Shown here: in pieces, positions 62,201-64,000 of the stretch
How the letters are laid out: each line of letters starts with the position of its first letter
Numbering within the stretch: position 1 is the first letter of the stretch
Source of the DNA: Diadema antillarum
Lineage: Eukaryota
DNA: 64,000 nucleotides
Direction: 5' to 3'
NCBI RefSeq assembly: GCF_040938485.1
Contig: NW_027270897.1
Location: 1,178,001-1,242,000 of the forward strand
Program-made: the position numbers and the translations under genes
Notes under the pieces: generated by a model
Told to the model about the DNA's origin: nothing
What the model saw: the letters and a program-made list of their open reading frames with translations, nothing else
The model's database searches: none

Positions 62201-63734
62201 AATCCGGGCAGTTAATATCGCTACAACAATGTATTATGCATGGAATGTTTGAATGTAAGTAACTGGAATAAGCGAGGACATTACGTTATATTTTCATTAC
62301 GAGACATTAGACATCTTCATGAATCAAGTGGGTCTTTTTTATGGATTTCATATTTTTTAGTTCATTTGGGGATTCCAAAATTCGAAACTCACGCATTGCA
62401 CTGGATCACCAGACTTTCTCGCTCCTCCTTGCTCGGATTCCGATTCAGGTTGTAGGCGTGGTACAGGATTCGCTGTGAGGCAGGGCCCCACTTGAAGCGA
62501 TTTCTCCGCTGTTTCTTCGCCGGGTTCTCCTCGGTGGTGAAGACGTAGTGACCAGTGTCGGGGTTGGTGAATTCTGCAAGCACGTACATTGTATTGAACA
62601 AAANNNNNNNNNNNNNNNNNNNNNNNNNNNNNNNNNNNNNNNNNNNNNNNNNNNNNNNNNNNNNNNNNNNNNNNNNNNNNNNNNNNNNNNNNNNNNNNNN
62701 NNNNNNNNNNNNNNNNNNNNNNNNNNNNNNNNNNNNNNNNNNNNNNNNNNNNNNNNNNNNNNNNNNNNNNNNNNNNNNNNNNNNNNNNNNNNNNNNNNNN
62801 NNNNNNNNNNNNNNNNNNNNNNNNNNNNNNNNNNNNNNNNNNNNNNNNNNNNNNNNNNNNNNNNNNNNNNNCAAGTTTTACTTCATCATTGTTTCCATGT
62901 CATTGAAGCCGTGACGTGCAACCTATACCAAACAAGGAATACTGATACAAATACATTGACCGCTTTCCCAAAAGTTTTGATTTATTAATCATGGAGCTAT
63001 TTCCTTCCCCCAAAACACAAGAATTTCTATTTGAAAAAAGTTATATATCATAATTGATACCAGCGCATGGGGATTCAACTAAACTTCGTAATTTCATTTG
63101 GAGTAAGTTTCATGCTTTCATTTTTTTTTTGTTCTTAATAATACCGTATATTACAATCCCCGCGGAAGTAACATTTTTCTCAACCCGAATAATGACAAAA
63201 GATCAAAACAGAAACAGAAAAACGAACAAACTATTATCCCATCCCAACAATCTCCACAAAAGTAAAGAATAGCAGTTAATATTATAAACATTTGCTGTAA
63301 AATGCGATTAATTGAATGTTTGAAGAATTTACTACGGTGGGGTGACAACTTTGGTAATACATTATACTCTTGAATAAAATGAATCAAAACGATGTAGGAC
63401 CTAAGTGATAGCGGCAATTGATATAGCACTAAATACATTATTCATGATTCAAGCAAGAGACATATTACTATGCGTAATATCATTGTCAGTAGTATTGAAG
63501 GCATAAAGTGCATGAAGTGATGTGTTTGACCTACGTTTCATGACTTCCTTCTGTTTCTTGTCATACCAGTCATAAAGCATGGCACGCTTTATGCTCTTCA
63601 TGGGCGTTCCCTTGTTCAAATGCTGCGAGAGATGTGATTGGTTGAGCCCCGTGGCATCTACCACTTCTCTCTGGGGGATGTTATGTTGCTGCATGTACAT
63701 CTTTATCATCTTTGCCACCTGCCAGGGGTCCTGC
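47027..63734 (-). CDS. HNF1: Hepatocyte nuclear factor 1 (HNF1A/HNF1B pro-orthologue), 5'-partial: join(63734-63535,62573-62393,55072-54888,53710-53436,52231-52051,49371-49033,48261-47830,47226-47027); first (dimerisation) exon lies beyond the window
   Basis: 1993 nt open after splicing, all GT-AG. POU-specific [45 protein letters not shown]; atypical homeodomain [17 protein letters not shown]...[51 protein letters not shown]; KLPSVS motif; Q/S-rich C-terminus. Confidence 0.95.
47830..48261 (-). CDS. HNF1: HNF1 exon with Q26 tract
   Basis: Acceptor tttctttttccccag; donor G|GTGAAT; phases 1/1. Confidence 0.85.
48703..48910. mobile_element. Old reverse-orientation copy of the CTGTA MITE family
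   Basis: gagttaaatttctcatgaatcaggacttcccaacaattt...gttaaatt matches the reverse complement of the right arm at 43988-44221 after CpG decay. Confidence 0.5.
49033..49371 (-). CDS. HNF1: HNF1 exon with Q14 tract
   Basis: Acceptor tatgtacacag; donor CAA G|GTTGGT; phases 1/1. Confidence 0.82.
49897..49980. mobile_element. 85-bp piggyBac-like MITE, copy 4
   Basis: TTAA at 49893-96 and 49981-84; right TIR CGTCCTCAACGGG intact. Confidence 0.85.
51500..51960. repeat. Purine-rich degenerate minisatellite (~140-170-bp units with GAA/GAT runs)
   Basis: gatgct.tcaaa recurs at 51501, 51641, 51809, each followed by gta.aggcagga / atc..gaagatgct / gaagaagaaaaga blocks. Confidence 0.7.
52051..52231 (-). 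CDS. HNF1: HNF1 exon ([14 protein letters not shown]...APQSG)
   Basis: Acceptor ttcgctacag; donor G|GTGAGT; LPxVS motif as in vertebrate HNF1. Confidence 0.88.
53436..53710 (-). CDS. HNF1: HNF1 exon (GVETSPVSS...DGSTL)
   Basis: Acceptor tcagtgtcag; donor TTG|GTACGT; phases 1/0. Confidence 0.85.
54888..55072 (-). CDS. HNF1: HNF1 exon, homeodomain helix 3 ([12 protein letters not shown]...[11 protein letters not shown])
   Basis: Acceptor acccacag; donor G|GTAAGA. Confidence 0.97.
56408..56598. repeat. (TCTA)n / GATA-type degenerate microsatellite
   Basis: Direct. Confidence 0.9.
58241..58359. mobile_element. Short Harbinger-like MITE (GG.CCCTGTTTTAT...ATAAAACAGGGCCC)
   Basis: 14-bp inverted termini. 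Confidence 0.6.
58505..58547. repeat. (ACACG)n imperfect microsatellite
   Basis: Direct. Confidence 0.75.
59279..59436. mobile_element. Tc1/mariner (Tigger-like) MITE, TA-CAGTCAAAC...GTTTGACTG-TA
   Basis: TA at 59277-78 and 59437-38; TIRs. Confidence 0.85.
61553..61645. repeat. (CA)/(CG) compound microsatellite
   Basis: Direct. Confidence 0.9.
62393..62573 (-). CDS. HNF1: HNF1 exon, linker and homeodomain helices 1-2
   Basis: Acceptor gcttgcag at 62574-75; donor GC|GTGAGT at 62392. Confidence 0.95.
62604..62871. other. Assembly gap (N run)
   Basis: Direct. Confidence 1.
63535..63734 (-). CDS. HNF1: HNF1 exon, POU-specific domain (200 bp)
   Basis: Acceptor catttgcag at 63735-36; donor C|GTAGGT at 63534. 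Confidence 0.97.
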
Positions 63735-64000
63735 CTGCAAATGGGTGGATAATAAAAGAAAAAGGGACAAATATCAATAAAACTTCCCCCGAATCATCAT
63801 GTCTGCTGTTATGATAAAAAGGACCCTCTTTTTGTCCTCTTTGTTTTGAATAAAAATTCAAAAGTGTTTTTTTTTTTTTTAAATCATGTATAAGCAGTGC
63901 TCCGCTTTACAGGCTCTGCTTTTCAGAGGGCCACTTCCCAAGTGTACATTGCTATTTTTGGTTGTTTAACGAAATTGTGTGTGTAGTTCAATATACTTAA

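Overview
Eukaryotic, intron-rich animal DNA with two assembly gaps (3002-3134, 62604-62871). It looks like an invertebrate deuterostome, possibly sea-urchin-like; that is an inference from gene similarity and repeat style. I hand-spliced three protein-coding genes, and every junction is GT-AG with matching phase. (1) An SLC35E4-like nucleotide-sugar-transporter-family gene on the minus strand, 3 coding exons, 321 aa. (2) A CUSTOS/C12orf43 orthologue on the plus strand, 6 exons, 392 aa, mostly missed by the ORF track. (3) An HNF1 POU-homeodomain transcription factor on the minus strand; 8 coding exons are in the window and the first lies beyond 64000. SLC35E4 and CUSTOS are head-to-head. CUSTOS and HNF1 are tail-to-tail, the same arrangement as human C12orf43/HNF1A, which is the most notable observation. 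The ~26 kb between the CUSTOS and HNF1 stop codons is full of transposon relics: a four-level nested insertion with recoverable target-site duplications, three decayed DDE transposases, LINE fragments, a Helentron/DINE-like element and many MITEs. Also present are a CpG-decayed histone H3 pseudogene, a 659-bp palindrome in CUSTOS intron 1, a TGATG stop/start uORF at the CUSTOS start, Q14 and Q26 tracts in HNF1, and a strong CpG-poor versus CpG-rich mosaic. No rRNA, bona fide tRNA or CRISPR array was found. All homology calls come from recalled protein motifs; no database search was run.
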